NCBI GenBank assembly: GCA_951406725.2
Contig: OX597816.1
Coordinates: 101,804,001 to 101,868,000 of the forward strand
Source of the DNA: Octopus vulgaris
Lineage: Eukaryota
DNA: 64,000 nucleotides
Reading direction: 5' to 3'
In this document: piece after piece, positions 49,971-64,000 of the stretch
Layout of the letters: each line of letters starts with the position of its first letter
How positions within the stretch are numbered: position 1 is the stretch's first letter
Program-made: the position numbers and the translations under genes
Notes under the pieces: generated by a model
What the model saw: the letters and a program-made list of their open reading frames with translations, nothing else
Database searches by the model: none
What the model was told of the DNA's origin: nothing

Positions 49971-50354
49971 CTGGAAAGAGATAAATCCAATTCAATCAAA
50001 CATAGCACTTTCAATCAATATAATTTATAATAATAACATAATGTTGGTAACAGCATACTGGTTTTTTTAAAATTACTTTTTCAGATGACCTCAAAGACAG
50101 AGTTTTAGGGAAGGAAAAACTGAATGCATTTTGTAAGGGCATTAACCATGTACAGAAAATGAAATAGCTACAAAAAAATTTTAATCTAAACTAAGATTCA
50201 GCACTTTTGTATATGCTTATGTGTATAAGCACATGCATATGATAAAGTATACTTCATACAAAACCCAAAGTATTAGTAAAAATATTGTAGTTGGTTTGTG
50301 AAAATTCTCCACTTAATAAGAAATAAAATTTGATATTAAGAAAATAGATCATAC

Positions 50355-50467
50355 CTTTAGTTTTCACTTCTAATTGCTCATACATATCCAGTTCTAACTT
50401 GAGTGTAGAATTTAAATTTTTATTCTCAGATAGTTGTTCCCTAAGGTCTTGCAGTTCCAATTCCAAT
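50355..50467 (-). CDS. PDE4DIP: Myomegalin/CDK5RAP2-like exon
   Basis: tatag|A TTG GAA...AAA G|gtatga; LELELQDLREQLSENKNLNSTLKLELDMYEQLEVKTK; phase 2/1. Confidence 0.85.
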
Positions 50468-51796
50468 CTATAATTAAAGAATATATAAAAGCTGTTAGTC
50501 ATGAACATATAGACAATCTCTTCAAAAGTAATAACCGGAAATTTCAGAAATAAGTAAGACAGCAATGGAGCAAAAATATTAAGCAAACTAATTTTTTAAA
50601 TATTTTTAACTATGGGGCATATTTGACATGAATGATTTTGGTGTCAATTTTCAGTAGGAAGAAAGGTCAATATCAGTCAAAGATTTTTTAAAAATTTTAC
50701 AATGAATCATTAAGTGATTAGTAACAATAAAAATGATGATTAAGTTTCTTTGTCTTTTTTAAAAAAATGATTGTTCATGGTCATAAATGACATTATTACA
50801 TTGCAATAACCATTGCTAACTCTACTGTATACAACATCAGAGTAAGTTAATATTTACAAGTAAAATATCTTTCCTTAGTCTTTTGAACATGAACAATACA
50901 ATGGTCAGACATGTTTTCATGGGAAACTGCAAACATAGGTACTGTTTATATGAAGGTGACGTTTGTTTACAATTAGCACATGATGTCAAGAAGAAGACAC
51001 ACAGATACATGCACAAATAAAATAGGCTTCTTTCAGTTTCTATCAACCAAATCCACCCACAAGGCTTTGGTTGTTTTGGGGCTATAATCAAAGACATTTG
51101 GTCAAAGGGCTGCATAATGGGACTGAACTCAAAATGACATGGTCGTGAAGCAAACTTCTTAACCATACAGCCATACTTCCTAGAATTAATCCATGTAAAA
51201 CATCTATACAAGCTTACAAAATCCAAACCAGGTGGTGATATCTCTTTTTAATTTAATCATTTTAACATTTTTATATGAATATATTAACACAAAGTAATTA
51301 TGACTGCCAGGCTGTATATGACATAGTAGCAATAATGATAAAATTCAGCTTTCCGACTTCAAACTCCATTTATGAAATCTACATTACTAATGCTAACTAG
51401 CTAAATAGTTATAATTCAACACATTTTTGACAATCAGATGAATGTGATAACAGAAATGTTCTGCAATTTTTTTATCAGGGTCATGCATACCTAGTTTGGT
51501 ACCAACATCTCCCTTAAATGTTGCACTAATACATTAATATCAATCACATTACCATCTATGATGATTCTTTAAAGCGTTGGTGTTCTAGAGTCCTTACAAT
51601 ATCTCAACAATAAACTACAACCACAAACACACTACAATGTATTACTAATACTTTTGTGTTAAAGATGCTTTGCAATAATTCTATAATACTTTGGTACCAA
51701 AAAACCATTTAAAATGTATCATTAATGCATTGGCGTCACACGGCCCCAGCATTATCTTCCTAATAATTGGAGCCAACATGACAAAATTATTTTGTC

Positions 51797-52180
51797 ATCA
51801 TCAATTAAAATCTGTTTTCCATGTTGGCATGGGTTGGATGGTTTGACAGGAATTGGAAAGCCAAAGACTGCACCAAGTCCCGTTATCTGCTTTGGCATGG
51901 TTTCTATGGCTGAATGCCCTTCCTAATGCCTATGCGAATTTTATGAGTAGTGGAAGTGCGTGGCTAAGTGGTTAGGGTGTTGGACTCACGAACACAAGAT
52001 TGTAGTTTCGATTCCTGCCGGGCGACGTGTTGCATTCTTGAGTAAAACACTTCATTTCACGTTGCTCTAGTCTACTCAGCTGAGTAATCCTGCAATGGAC
52101 CAAGTGTCCCATCCAAGTGGGGAATTTATATGCCATGAAAACTGGGAAATCAGCCCCAATGAGTCAGTATAACTTGAGAA
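51797..52180. mobile_element. RTE tail (-) adjacent to tRNA-SINE (+)
   Basis: ttttccatgttggcatgggttgg...gcccttcctaa, then ggaagtgcgtggctaagtggttaggg...gtttcgattcc. Confidence 0.7.
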
Positions 52181-52746
52181 GATGATGATGATGGTGATAA
52201 TTGCATGTTAACAGTACCAAAGCATCTCTAAATTCATATAGAATCCTTGATAGTAGAATACATTAAGCCTCTCTTCCAGTATCTCCTTCAGTTGTATTTA
52301 GGCGAAGCCAATAATCATAAGCATTCCAATGAAAACAATTTTTTTAAGCAATGTATCTAGGACTATATCATCCTGTCTCTTCTTTTATAATGGTGTATGG
52401 TGTAATGTGAGAGAGATTTAGTTGCTATTTCTAGCTAATCAAGCAACTCTGGACAAACTTCCTCAGCTTATCTATCAATTTTTTGTAGATATTTAGTAAT
52501 AAGTTTATTAAGACAAATAAAAAACAAAAAGGGATAAAAATATATGAACTCCCCCACTTTTTTCTGTCATACACAGATAGAGACAACCAAGAACACAGAT
52601 CATGGAGCAGATTTTGAGATTTCGAGCAACTGAAAGCATTTCTTAAGCCTCTTCTCTCATACACTTCTATTCATAAACTATTCAAACAAAGATAACATGT
52701 AATAGAATCCACAGAAAATAACTTCAATATTTAAAGAGTATCTCAC

Positions 52747-52999
52747 GTTTGTATCTGCGATCGAGCTTCTTTTAATTGCTCTTTTAGTTGGTCTATCTGA
52801 GTATCTTTTTGTTGAAGAAGATTATTTTTTTCCTCCAACTGTGTTGTTTTGTCTTCTAAGTCCTGAGACAGCTGTTCAATTCGACTGTGCCTATGGTCCA
52901 GTTCAGTCTGCTGATCACTGAGAACATCTTGTAAATAAGTTAGTTGGCGTTTTTGTTCCTCTAATTGGGCAATATCTTTAGCTACACTTGTTGGAGATC
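52747..52999 (-). CDS. PDE4DIP: Myomegalin/CDK5RAP2-like exon (coiled coil)
   Basis: ccaag|GA TCT CCA...CAA AC|gtgaga; SPTSVAKDIAQLEEQKRQL...DQLKEQLKEARSQIQ; phase 1/2. Confidence 0.85.
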
Positions 53000-54406
53000 C
53001 TTGGAACAGAACAAATAAAAGTGAAAAATATTAAATTACACAATGGTTGTTACAATAAATAGATAAATAAATATAAGAGAGTAAGCTATATCTATGTTAT
53101 CATGATGTATTTTCAATGCTATTTGTAAATTGTGTTACCTATATAGTTACAATAAATATGATAGCAAAAGCTTTAAAGCAAAAGACAGATTCCAAGTAGA
53201 TCAAATTAATCAAATATGTCAGTTTTGATAATCAGGTGAAGCCAAATCACTTCATTAACATTATTAAGGCAGACACATCACACAATCTCAAATCCCTCTT
53301 CATTGAATTTTGTAAGATTTTGTATAAATTAAACAATCGTATGATATAAAGAATAAAGTTAAGGAAAGAATATTTTTTATAAGGCATATTATCAAGAGAA
53401 GAGTAAATTAATAGACAGACAATTCAATAAAGCAAAGAGAGATTGCTTAAGAATTATAAAATGTCACAAACCAATATTTTCAATATCTATAATTGATTTT
53501 TTTAAAAAATAAAACCTTCACCAGCTAATGAGGAGTTTCTACATAGTACTAGCATAATTAATATCACAACCAAATCTCCCATGTTCAACTATCTGCTTTC
53601 TTTAAACAGGGGGCTAGATGTTTTAAGAATCTGTTCATTGAACACCAATATACTATTTGACAATTACTCATATAACTTCAGAGGTACTAAATGCAAGTGG
53701 TCTCAAATAAGAGGTGAATTCAGAACAGGAAAGTAGTGAATAAGGTAAAAGTCAATAAAGATAGGATTATCCTGATTAAAAACACCAATTATTTATCTAA
53801 TGACTGCAAAACTTAGATGTGCCTAGTCATTGTGAGTGAAACTATTTAGATACCACAAGCCTCTCCAGTCATAACCGACTGGTGATAGATACTTGATGCC
53901 ATAGCTCTGTCATAGCTGACCAAACCTGCCTTAATTCATATCTATCTAGTCTTAGCTGAATGGGATTAATTTTTGTGATTCCCAAGTGTGTTCAGGCACT
54001 GTTAACTGTGGTTATCAAAAACTTGAAAATATCTCATTTAAATTGTATAAACTCTCTCTCCAGTAATACATATATCTAAAAAAAATAATAATAAAAAAAT
54101 AAAAAGAACTGAAAGAAAATGTGCAACTAAAACAGCAAAAATGTATGTGGCATGAGAAAACAGTACCAGGGTAAAGCTATCAAAATTACTTGCTTCAAAT
54201 CAAACATGCAATATAAATGAGAGTAGGGTTAAAACCGTGAAATAAGCAAGGGAAATAACTGAATAGTGAATACAGTGTGTGCGGAAATAATTGTAGCTTA
54301 ACAAGGGATTATTTTTGTATTATCTTAGCAGCAACATTGTAACACAAATACAACAGGGTGGGGAACAATATTTTCTGGATTTTATTTGGACTTAGTGAAT
54401 CATTCT

Positions 54407-54416
54407 ATATATATAT

Positions 54417-54449
<33 letters not shown>

Positions 54450-54533
54450 AATATATATATATACACACATATATATACATATATATATATCATCACCAGA
54501 TACCTTAACCTGAATGATGATGATATATATATA

Positions 54534-54577
<44 letters not shown>
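54407..54577. repeat. (TA)n microsatellite block
   Basis: Long TA runs; similar runs at 6851-6910, 11950-11995, 18159-18228, 22195-22270, 22500-22566 and 29077-29182. Confidence 0.9.
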
Positions 54578-54580
<3 letters not shown>

Positions 54581-57500
54581 TTAAAACAAAAATGGAATAA
54601 AATGAAATAAATCCAGAAAAGAAAGCAACAAACAAGTTTTAAGATGTGACCAATTTTAGAAATCTGGGTCTCATATTCCCTTGTTAAAACAAACACCCTG
54701 CCTGTTGTCCTAAACTACTTAACTGTAGATTAATCAAGACAAGATAATAGTGACAATAATTCCATCTCAACAGGAAAGTCTACTATATAGATATTTCTAG
54801 AATCTTAATGGGCAATACTGAATTTTTTAAAAACATTTCTTGAATTATATAAGGTTGATCAACTATACAGAGAGAGCTTGTATATGGTTGAATGACCTGC
54901 AAGATATAGCAACTAAATCTCCTTTAAATGACACTACTGTCTCTAACAAAAAAAAACAAACTCCTTAATAATGCAGCTCTCAATACACTATGCTTAAAAT
55001 CAAGATGAGATGGTCTCAGCTGCAGCATCTTTGATTTTAGCCTGCTCAACCATGGCTGGCCTAACAAGAGAAATATTTGATATTTCTCTTGTTTTATGTT
55101 CAAACCAACCAGATCTGGCCTCTCACACCTACCCTACAGTATTATTCTAAAAACAAAGAATCATACCATCAAATCTCAAAGCTACAAGATAATGTATTAT
55201 TAACTCAAAACAGTGAAAATACACAAGTATTACATTTGACAGAGCAATTTGAATTCTAAAGAGTTTGTCTGTAACTATAACAGAACTAGTAATTATTAAA
55301 TAGTTCTAAAATATGACATTTACAAGGAAAGGAAATTATATTGTATGCTGTTCATGTCCTTTCTCTGAGCATTAGTGATGCAAGAAAAGTGGAATGGCTA
55401 CAGCAAAGAATCATAGCCAGATTAAAAAACGCTTCACACTACAAGTTTACCTCTCAGCATTAGATGAAATGTAAGGTAACAGTTTAATTAGAGACTTTTA
55501 TTAAGTGTAACAAGATTTAATTTCACAAACACACACCAAGTGAAAATATAATTACAAGTCTGAGTAAAGCGAGGAGAAAAATAAGCTTAAAAGTAATTTG
55601 AAATTTGCCAAGCATTTAGAGAAATGTTGGAGAACAGCTAAACAAGATCAATAAATTACATAGGTTGTAGTATTTAGGAGTTGGTAAAAGGAAAGTCCTG
55701 ACACAGTGTCAAAGATTGATTGTTCTTACTCCATTGATGCTTTTGGAGGGAAAGTATAAAGATTTCAACATTAGACTAACTCTATAGAGATTTGTGTCTA
55801 CTCAAAGCTATTCTAAATAGTCCCGTTGTTTTATACTTTGTGACAGTTATGAAGAGTGGCACAGAGTTAATAGGATCAGTGGAAGGAGAAGACAATGGCA
55901 GCATCACTTGGTACCAAAGAAACAGTAAATGTTAAATATATTGAAAACACACATGAACAAAATGGAGTTTTGATTAATTAAGCCTTTAGTTTTATTTATA
56001 TTTAATCAAGGACACCAATTTCTTCAAAATACGAATATGGTAATATAGTACTTAATAGATGAAAATGATTACCAAACAAAATTGAAGTTTTTAGGTTAGA
56101 CTGAAATCTGCATTATAACATTTGTACTTTTTCTAAAGGAAGTGAAATAACTATAACTGGTAGACAGAGATGCATGTTACCAGGAACCTTCTTTCCCAAA
56201 CTCTTAATGGGTAGGTGAATCCCCATTAAAGGCTCTCTCTTTATGTGCCAAGTCATGAGTAAGTCAACCTGGAAGAACTATCCTTTCAGATTAGTGACTG
56301 CAACCATAAATAGCAGTATAGGGAAGAGAAATGGCTCAACAAGGAATTGAACATGCATTGCAGACGTAGTACAAGTGCATATCACAACTCCAAAGTTATT
56401 TGTATGTCTTCTTACTCTATATTAATAAACTATCCAATGAAAACTGAAATACCAAGAGTTGTTTTACCTGATAGAAATAGCAGTCAAATGTCACACCACA
56501 CCTTACTTTCTAAACAGAAAAAGGACATTGGACAATATAGTCCAAGAAATAAGACACATAAAATTGTATGGAAAGAAGAATGGAACATCTTGATCATAGA
56601 TCTGCTAGTCTGGCTGATCTGGGACTCAACAACACTATAATAACTATATTAACCTATTTATGATAGAGCTCTTGCAACAACACTTAAAGCTGTTCTCTTT
56701 AAATAGTATCAGTGAAAGGCATATAAAACAACTTTACAATTTGTTGGAGTGAAATATAAACAAGTATTTGACTTTCAGATTTCAGAGCTGAAACACTATA
56801 AAATCAGCACATGAATGTTATGCAAATCAAAATAGATAAAAACAATGAAAATGTCAGGATGAGAGGGATAATTAAATGCAATGATGAAAACAAGCTAGAC
56901 ATATTTTTCAACATGTTAAAAAAAAAGAAGTTTAAAATACAAACATCCTCGAAAATACAATTCTAAATTAGTACTCTAAACGGTTCTTAACAAACAAGCA
57001 CAAAATTCAACTGAAATCTAAAATATGGCTTTTTAAAAGAGAGCAGAGGAATTTGGAAATCATTATTACAAACTAAGTAGAAGTAGAATGATTGAGTGGA
57101 CAATGTATTGGGTTAATAGCTAAAAAAAAAAAGTTTGTGAGTTCAAATCCACTGTAATTGTTTCATATTGTCATTGTTCACATAACTACATGTCTCAGTC
57201 GACCTAGCTGCAACAAACATGATGCACACTTCTAGGAAAATCTACATGTGACATACTAACATCCTATCCACATAGTGCTACAGAAACTGAAGTGAAGTAT
57301 CTGCTTTATGAAATGGATCCTTATAGTGATTTGGAAAAGATTAACCTTTGACTATAAACTATAGCATGCAGGTGAATTAACCCTATTTCTGACAAGTTTC
57401 ACATTAAAACACTGTTTTAACTGTTTCAAGTCAGAAATGGAGTTGTTGAGAAAGGTTTAATGGGGAGAGAGAAGAACGAAAAACAGTTAAGAAAAGAAGC

Positions 57501-59607
57501 TAAATACATCCACACAAACACACACACGCACACACACTTACACAGCACACAAAAATACTAACCACATGAAAATTGTTTACACTGTCATAACGTCTGGAAT
57601 ACAGAATCCCAAACATGAGGGGCTACAAAACACAAAAACAGTTAAATGTTTCTTCTAGTATTCTGGAGCAACAGTTTGATCTGAGATGATTGTACAGTTA
57701 AATTATTCAAAGAATTCACAAACAACAGAATTTTTCCATTAGCAATGCAACAGAAAAGACGAGAGTCTCGCAATAGTATACATATTTTAAAAACTAATTC
57801 ATCTTCCTTGAAATTGTTGTTGGTGCAATCACCATCATCTTGCAACAACAATTTACACTTTTAAAAGATTTCTACTACTGCCACCACCCACCACCATCAT
57901 CATCTTATTTCCTCACTACTATATCATCATTATCATAATAAACTTTTCACCACTACTGCTTCTATCACCTCTTCATCCTCCTACCCCTCACTGCTGTTGC
58001 TGTTATCATCTTCAGAAAACTGTTGGCTGATTATATAGTTTGAATCTCACCACTTAGGACAAACTCCTACAGTTAATGTAAGACGATGTAGGTTAGATTA
58101 GGTAAGAGCTATGTAAGCCCAGTTAACAACTGTTGGTATATCAATTTGCCAATGTTCACACCTAATCAATATTTTTGCACATTTTGTCTCCAGTTTCATT
58201 GCTGATCATTCAACATTAAGTGGGAAGTTGTGACATTCAAGCCTATTTCAAAATTATTAGTAATGAAAACAGCTTCAACCAAACATTAAAACTAAACAAG
58301 AGATTGTTTTTCTTAGACAATTTAACTAATCATAACCTGTTACTGATATATATATTATTGCTTCCAAAAAGATGAAAGGTACTGTACTGTTCTACTAATT
58401 AATCTGCTTCTTTTACCTAATATAACTGTATGAATTTTAAAACATCAAAGACATTCAACAATTTGGGATGTAGTTGCTTCCAACCACAGTCCAACATGTC
58501 GCTCTCTCTGCCTTTTCTACTGCAACTATATAGACTATGTGGACCTCTGCTCATTAGAGCTGGCTGGTTTTGTGCCATCTCCACACAGGCACTCTCCACT
58601 AATTTACTTGTCTCTTTTGTTGTCATCTATGTCATGTCCACCCTACTCTAACTACCTCCAGTATTTTCTCCTCAGAACACTGAGCTCTCCTAAAGTTCCC
58701 TCCTTGCCCATGTTTAACCCTCAATCATTGATTTGTTCAAAAGAACATGAACTGTGCCATTTTCACCAGTCTTGGTGGGCATACAAAGGCCATGGACACA
58801 CTTCCTTTTTGTAGACCAATGAAATAACAAAACATTGACTTCTAAGTATTTAATTTGAAGTGGAAAGCTAATTGACTGCATCAACTTAAATCATTTATTA
58901 TTTTAGCAATCTAATAGAAATGAATGGAAAGTGAAGTCTGCTCCCAACACCATGCAAGAGTAGAACTGAGAAACAAGATAGTGAGTAAGATTCTGCAAAA
59001 CATTCTGGTTCAGCTCCTTATATTGTCTGATCCAAGCTAAAAATATATTAGGCATTGTAGTTTTTCAAGCTACTGGCAAACAAAACCATTTCCAAAAGTA
59101 AGGAAAAATATGAAGCTTCTGTCCAGATAAACCAATGGATGGATTACTGAAGCACAAAAGAAAGATGGAAGAGATTAGCTAGTAGGTTACTATATTGTTA
59201 CCAATAATTGTTTAAAATGATTTACCACCATCACCACCACCACCACCTCCATGGAATGAAAGATCAAGAGTGGGGTTCACAACTCATGGAAAAAACAAAA
59301 CAAAATAAAAACTTAAACACTTGAAATGGACAAACTGGAACAAGCTGTAAATTTGAAGGCATAAACTGTCATCATATGAAGCAGAAAAATGTTTGAATGA
59401 ATTGAAGCATTACATCACCATATTACCATCACTACCATATCTTAATATGCTACCACATCACTTTATTGGTGTTACTACATCAATCTACATTATACTTCTT
59501 TACTTCTACTGGATTTGTAGTCACACACCATCACATTTCCTTACACAACAAATATCTTAATACTATTATATCCTATAAGACACTTTACAAAAACACATTA
59601 AAATCAT

Positions 59608-59649
<42 letters not shown>

Positions 59650-61334
59650 TACATATATTATAACTGAAAGGCTCTGATTTCCAGTACTCAGTTGCTTGTT
59701 TCTGTTAAAATGTATTAAAGAATACTCTGAGTCCTGTAATTTATCACTTTTGGTGAATCAACAGATTTTATACACACACACACAAACACAACAAAACAAA
59801 TCAACAAAGTAGAATGAATGACTAATGAAAACTTGCTTAAGAAATAAGACACTCAAGTTCCCCAACAAAATTAGCTAAATTAACCACCACTACCAATGTC
59901 ACTTGCCAACCCATAACCTTTTAAGCATGTAACATGCTGGACAGTGAATGGCTAGCAGTGCACAGTGAATGTTAACTCAAAAAAAATGGAGACAAACTAG
60001 ATTAGAAATATCAATTTTGCTGCCTGAGATCTATGGATCAGGACACTGCTATATCTTACTCAAGTACAGCAAGAATTGTTTGATAAAACCACTACCATCA
60101 CTGCATTTGAATAGACAAAAGCCCATTTCTGTAAGGTTGTCATTTATTAAATTGATCTACAAGTGAATTATCTTACCAATTCTGGAATGACAAAAAGAAT
60201 TTCTTTAAAAAAAAAATTGGATTCCAGAAAATTCTGAACTGCTTAGTGCACTAGGTAAAATAGCTTAAAGCATCTAAAATGGTTCACTTTCACTCTCATC
60301 ACTGTAACAATAACAACAAAATCAAAATAATTTACTCAAAAGTAAACTTGTGAATTCTTATCTTACTTTATATCAGTGAATCAATTCAAAGATATTCAGC
60401 AAAAGCTGAAAGATAGTACCAGAAAGTGGTTCTAGAATTGTAATTACAGATAACTACAATGTTTTTTGCATCAAATAATGTAGAAGGTGACGCAAGTGTT
60501 AAAACTGTGAAACTTTATATGAAGAGTTCAAGATAAAGACTGTGAAGACCATTATAGCTAACAATGAAGGCAGTTTCCTGAACTTTATTCACCTACTTCA
60601 AACCTGAGCAACTTTTTTCATTAACTCAGTCTCTAACAGTACCCTCAATTACTCCAATGGATTATCTAAGTTGGCCGTTAGTTTTCAATTAATGACTGAG
60701 ATGTAGTTATCTAGGTACTTAAAATTCTGATTCCTATCAGAATTAAAAGACTGTTTTGTGCACCTAATTTTTAAAATAATATAGCAAAGTCCCTGCAAAG
60801 TTAAATCAATGGTGTTATATTGAGTCTATTACATAGAGTGTGAATAGGTTTTCAAAGAAATACCTCATTTGACAATTTACTAATATTATGATCAAATATA
60901 TAAGCAATTCAATGGTTAAAGAGGTAATTTTCATTAAATGTTTGAAACCAGAGCTTTTAAATTATCATAAGCCACATGACTTTCATTGATTTGAACTTGG
61001 TGTTTATAACTCAGTGTATATCATAGACTTTCTCTCCATCTTTGCAATGGTTGACTAATAAATGTTTTTTTTTAAGATATTATATTTATTTTAGAATCTT
61101 TATGGCTAAAATATCAAATAAAATTTGTTTTACCTTTATTTTACAAATATTGTTTTAGTTTTGACCCTAAATATACCCCCTGATAGTTGTTTAACATTAC
61201 TTCAAGGAAGTTACCATTTTTTATTTATATATATAAATCATGATTCTTCAACAGCTGCAAAATATAAGAAGCCAGTGTTTCATAAACAAATGTTATATAC
61301 TTAGAATGTTGAGTAATAACTGAGGTGTACATAC

Positions 61335-62242
61335 CTTTTATTCTGTCATGGTTAAGTAAAGTAACCAATTTTTCTTGCAGTCGTTCATTCCGATCAACAG
61401 TTCCTTCAAGTTTGATTCTCTGAGCTCGCAGCTCCATGAGATACTTGTGGAAAGATTCCAACTGACTGACATTGAGGCTTTGGTTTGAAGACATGTTCAA
61501 GGAGTTTGCTGTAGATGTTTCCAAAAAGTTGTAAACACTTATTTCATGCTGTAAGGTGTTACTTAAATCCTGTGACACCATCAAATGGGATCGGATAACA
61601 TCTTTGGAAGAGATTGCATTGGAAGGAGATGAAGGAAGACTTTTTGTATAAAAAGAACTTTCGTTGCTAACAGACAACCGGCTCTGGGGATATTTTGGAA
61701 GACTACCATTATATGACTGATTGGCCTCCAAATGATTAGTCTTTGATGGAGAATTATTAGTCTGTTTGGAGAAGTGCTGACTATCCAAGCTTTCAACTTG
61801 GCCTGGCTCAGAACTTTTGGAATTGTAATGGGAGGAGAGATAAGAATCAGTCTTATCTTGAGACCATTTCAATTGACCTGAGTTCCGGTAAAATTCATTT
61901 AGAGAGCCAGAGTTATCAGCTCCTACTATTCCTGAAAGACTGTGTTTATTTGGAATGCAAGCATCTACTGTTGAGTGTTCATTCTGATATTGCTCTAAAC
62001 CATTACTGTACATATCAGTCAGAGGTTTAGAACTGACACAATTCTGCTTTGGCAGCTGCATCTTGGTATTATCAGTAGAGTTCATAGACATAAGTTTAGA
62101 TACAGGTTTATCCAAATTGGGGCTGTCATGACCAAGCAGTGTTCCATCTGTTGCCATGGTTGCTGCCTCTGCTAGTATACGCATGGACTTTAAGGCATTT
62201 TCACTCAAAGTATCCAACGTATTTTGGTCCATACTTAATGTA
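61335..62242 (-). CDS. PDE4DIP: Myomegalin/CDK5RAP2/centrosomin-family gene, large internal exon (most 5' exon found in window)
   Basis: Minus strand tgcag|T ACA TTA AGT ATG GAC...ATA AAA G|gtatgt; 908 nt, Ser/Asn-rich, ending in coiled coil (LMELRAQRIKLEGTVDRNERLQEKL). Phase fits the exon at 52999. Family call comes from the C-terminal exons. Confidence 0.8.
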
Positions 62243-62389
62243 CTGCAAATTGAAAATAGAAATTTATAAAAGTCAGGAAATAATAGAAAGGAGTCATCGG
62301 AATATTCAATCAGAAATTAAATCAAATTTCAAATCACAAAATATTTTAACCATCACTGTGCTGGTTTATAAATCAAATTATATAAACAA

Positions 62390-62757
62390 CTAGCAGTATC
62401 GCCCGGCGTTGCTCAGGTTTGTAAGGGAAATAACTATAAAGCATTTTTAGAGAGTTATAGCCAAAAAATAGCCAAAAAATGGAAAAAAATTATGGTAATT
62501 TTTTTTTAGTTAAAAAAGGTGGAGTTGCGTCCCCTAGACAGTTTGCGGTTTGTGTTTCTGATTCTCGACCCCATGTCGAATTTATCAATTTTTTCAGAAC
62601 TGGGGGAACTTTTCAAAATTTTCGCTTCGTTAGTTTTGAATTATGACATTGGGCTATGTGTGTGTCAAGTTTCATCAGAATCGGTTGAAAGCTGTGGTCA
62701 GGGTGAGGGTACAAGCAAACAGACACACAGACAAACTGCCGTTTATATAGAGAGAGA
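62390..62757 (-). mobile_element. Non-autonomous Helitron
   Basis: Minus strand A|TC...CTAG|T junctions, no TSD, subterminal GC hairpin (cctgagcaacgccggg) just before CTAG, (GTCT/GTGT)n near the 5' end. Confidence 0.75.
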
Positions 62758-64000
62758 TTATCTATGCAGAAACTGTCATATTTTAATATCATTGTTGAAA
62801 AATACAAGTCATACTAGTGGGTAAAAGTTTAAATTGCATCCTGTAAGTAAACAACATCACCTGCAACATTATTACATTATGTAGATATTGTAACCAAGTA
62901 ATTTGCAGCAAACTAACTAAATTTGACAAAGTTCTTTATGAAATAAAGTCATTTTACAATAAAACTGAGATTAGTAAGTATTATGAAAAAAATGTAATCC
63001 CAGAATAGAGATAGTACATGCTCGTGAATCACTATAGAAAAGTGAGAAAATTAGGACACCATATTACAAGATTTTTCTCAATATCCGCAATTTCCTTTCC
63101 CTATTATGTACTTCTCTAAACTTTAGGCTAATTTCAGTGTGATTATCATTAGTTCAAACTTAGTAATCATACTAATTTCATCCATTCTTCTCCACCATTG
63201 TATGTTCTTTCTCTTCAATGTGGAAAATAAGAATTTGTTTTGGTCAAGATATGAAAGAAATCATGACAGAATGTGAACAGTTGTCAGCACAACAGATAAC
63301 CCATACAATTAGGTAGCATAATAGATTACAGCTTAAGAAACTAAGGACTATTATATCATCACCATTTCAACATCCACTTCTCAATGCTTGCATGGGTTGG
63401 ATGGAATTTACTGAGGCAGATTTTCTATGTTTGGATGCCCCTCCTGCCACCAACCCACTCTGTTTTCAAGGCCTTGTTTCCCCATGGCCAGACATATTCT
63501 CACAGAATATTGGAAATATATGGCACTGCTTGTATGTCAGTGACAATCATTTTACAACTATTACACAATGTCAAAACAAGGAGTAAGACACACACACACA
63601 CACATATATGCATGACAGGTTTCTTTCAGTTTTAGCCTATCTAATCTATTCATAGAGCTTTGGTTGGCCTGAGGCTATAGTACAAGACACTTGCCTAAGG
63701 TGACAGCAGAGGAACTGAACCCAGAAACATGTGGTTGGGAAGCAAACTTCTTAAGACACATCTATGCCTGTGCCTAAATAGATACAAATAAATTTTACAA
63801 AGTCACAGATCTTTGACATAAATAACAAAGAATTTTACCAACTTAGTTTACCACTGCAAAAACATACACACACACACACAAGTTTTACAAACAATTATGA
63901 TTATGTTAGAAGTTGAAATTCTTAAACTAAGCCTCAATCATAAATATAAACTTAATGCTAACTCTTCTTATAAAACAGCTAAAATGACTATACTAACACC

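Overview
AT-rich eukaryotic genomic DNA. The SINE/RTE repeat repertoire and (TA)n/(GAT)n microsatellites suggest a cephalopod (Octopus-like) genome; this is an inference. Three protein-coding loci are supported. (1) RABGGTB (Rab geranylgeranyltransferase beta) on +: nine coding exons from 796 to 13919, all GT-AG and phase-consistent; the ATG exon lies upstream of the window. (2) An intact, intronless 544-aa Jerky/Tigger (pogo, CENP-B-type) transposase-derived ORF at 18577-20211 (+) with an altered catalytic triad and no paired TIRs, a candidate domesticated gene. (3) The 3' part of a myomegalin/CDK5RAP2/centrosomin-family gene on -: ten coding exons from 62242 to 41021, followed by a repeat-free ~7.9-kb putative 3' UTR carrying five miR-7 and five miR-8/200 seed matches. 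Between (2) and (3) is an ~11-kb retroelement cluster with two tandem RTE LINEs (a PHD-type zinc finger is inserted in their RT region), a Penelope-like fragment and SINEs. Introns and intergenic DNA also hold mariner, hAT, piggyBac-like, CACTA-like and Helitron non-autonomous elements. No fully new system is proven from sequence alone. The best leads are the domesticated transposase, the miR-7/miR-8-rich long UTR, the PHD-bearing RTE and a UG-flanked cryptic poison exon.
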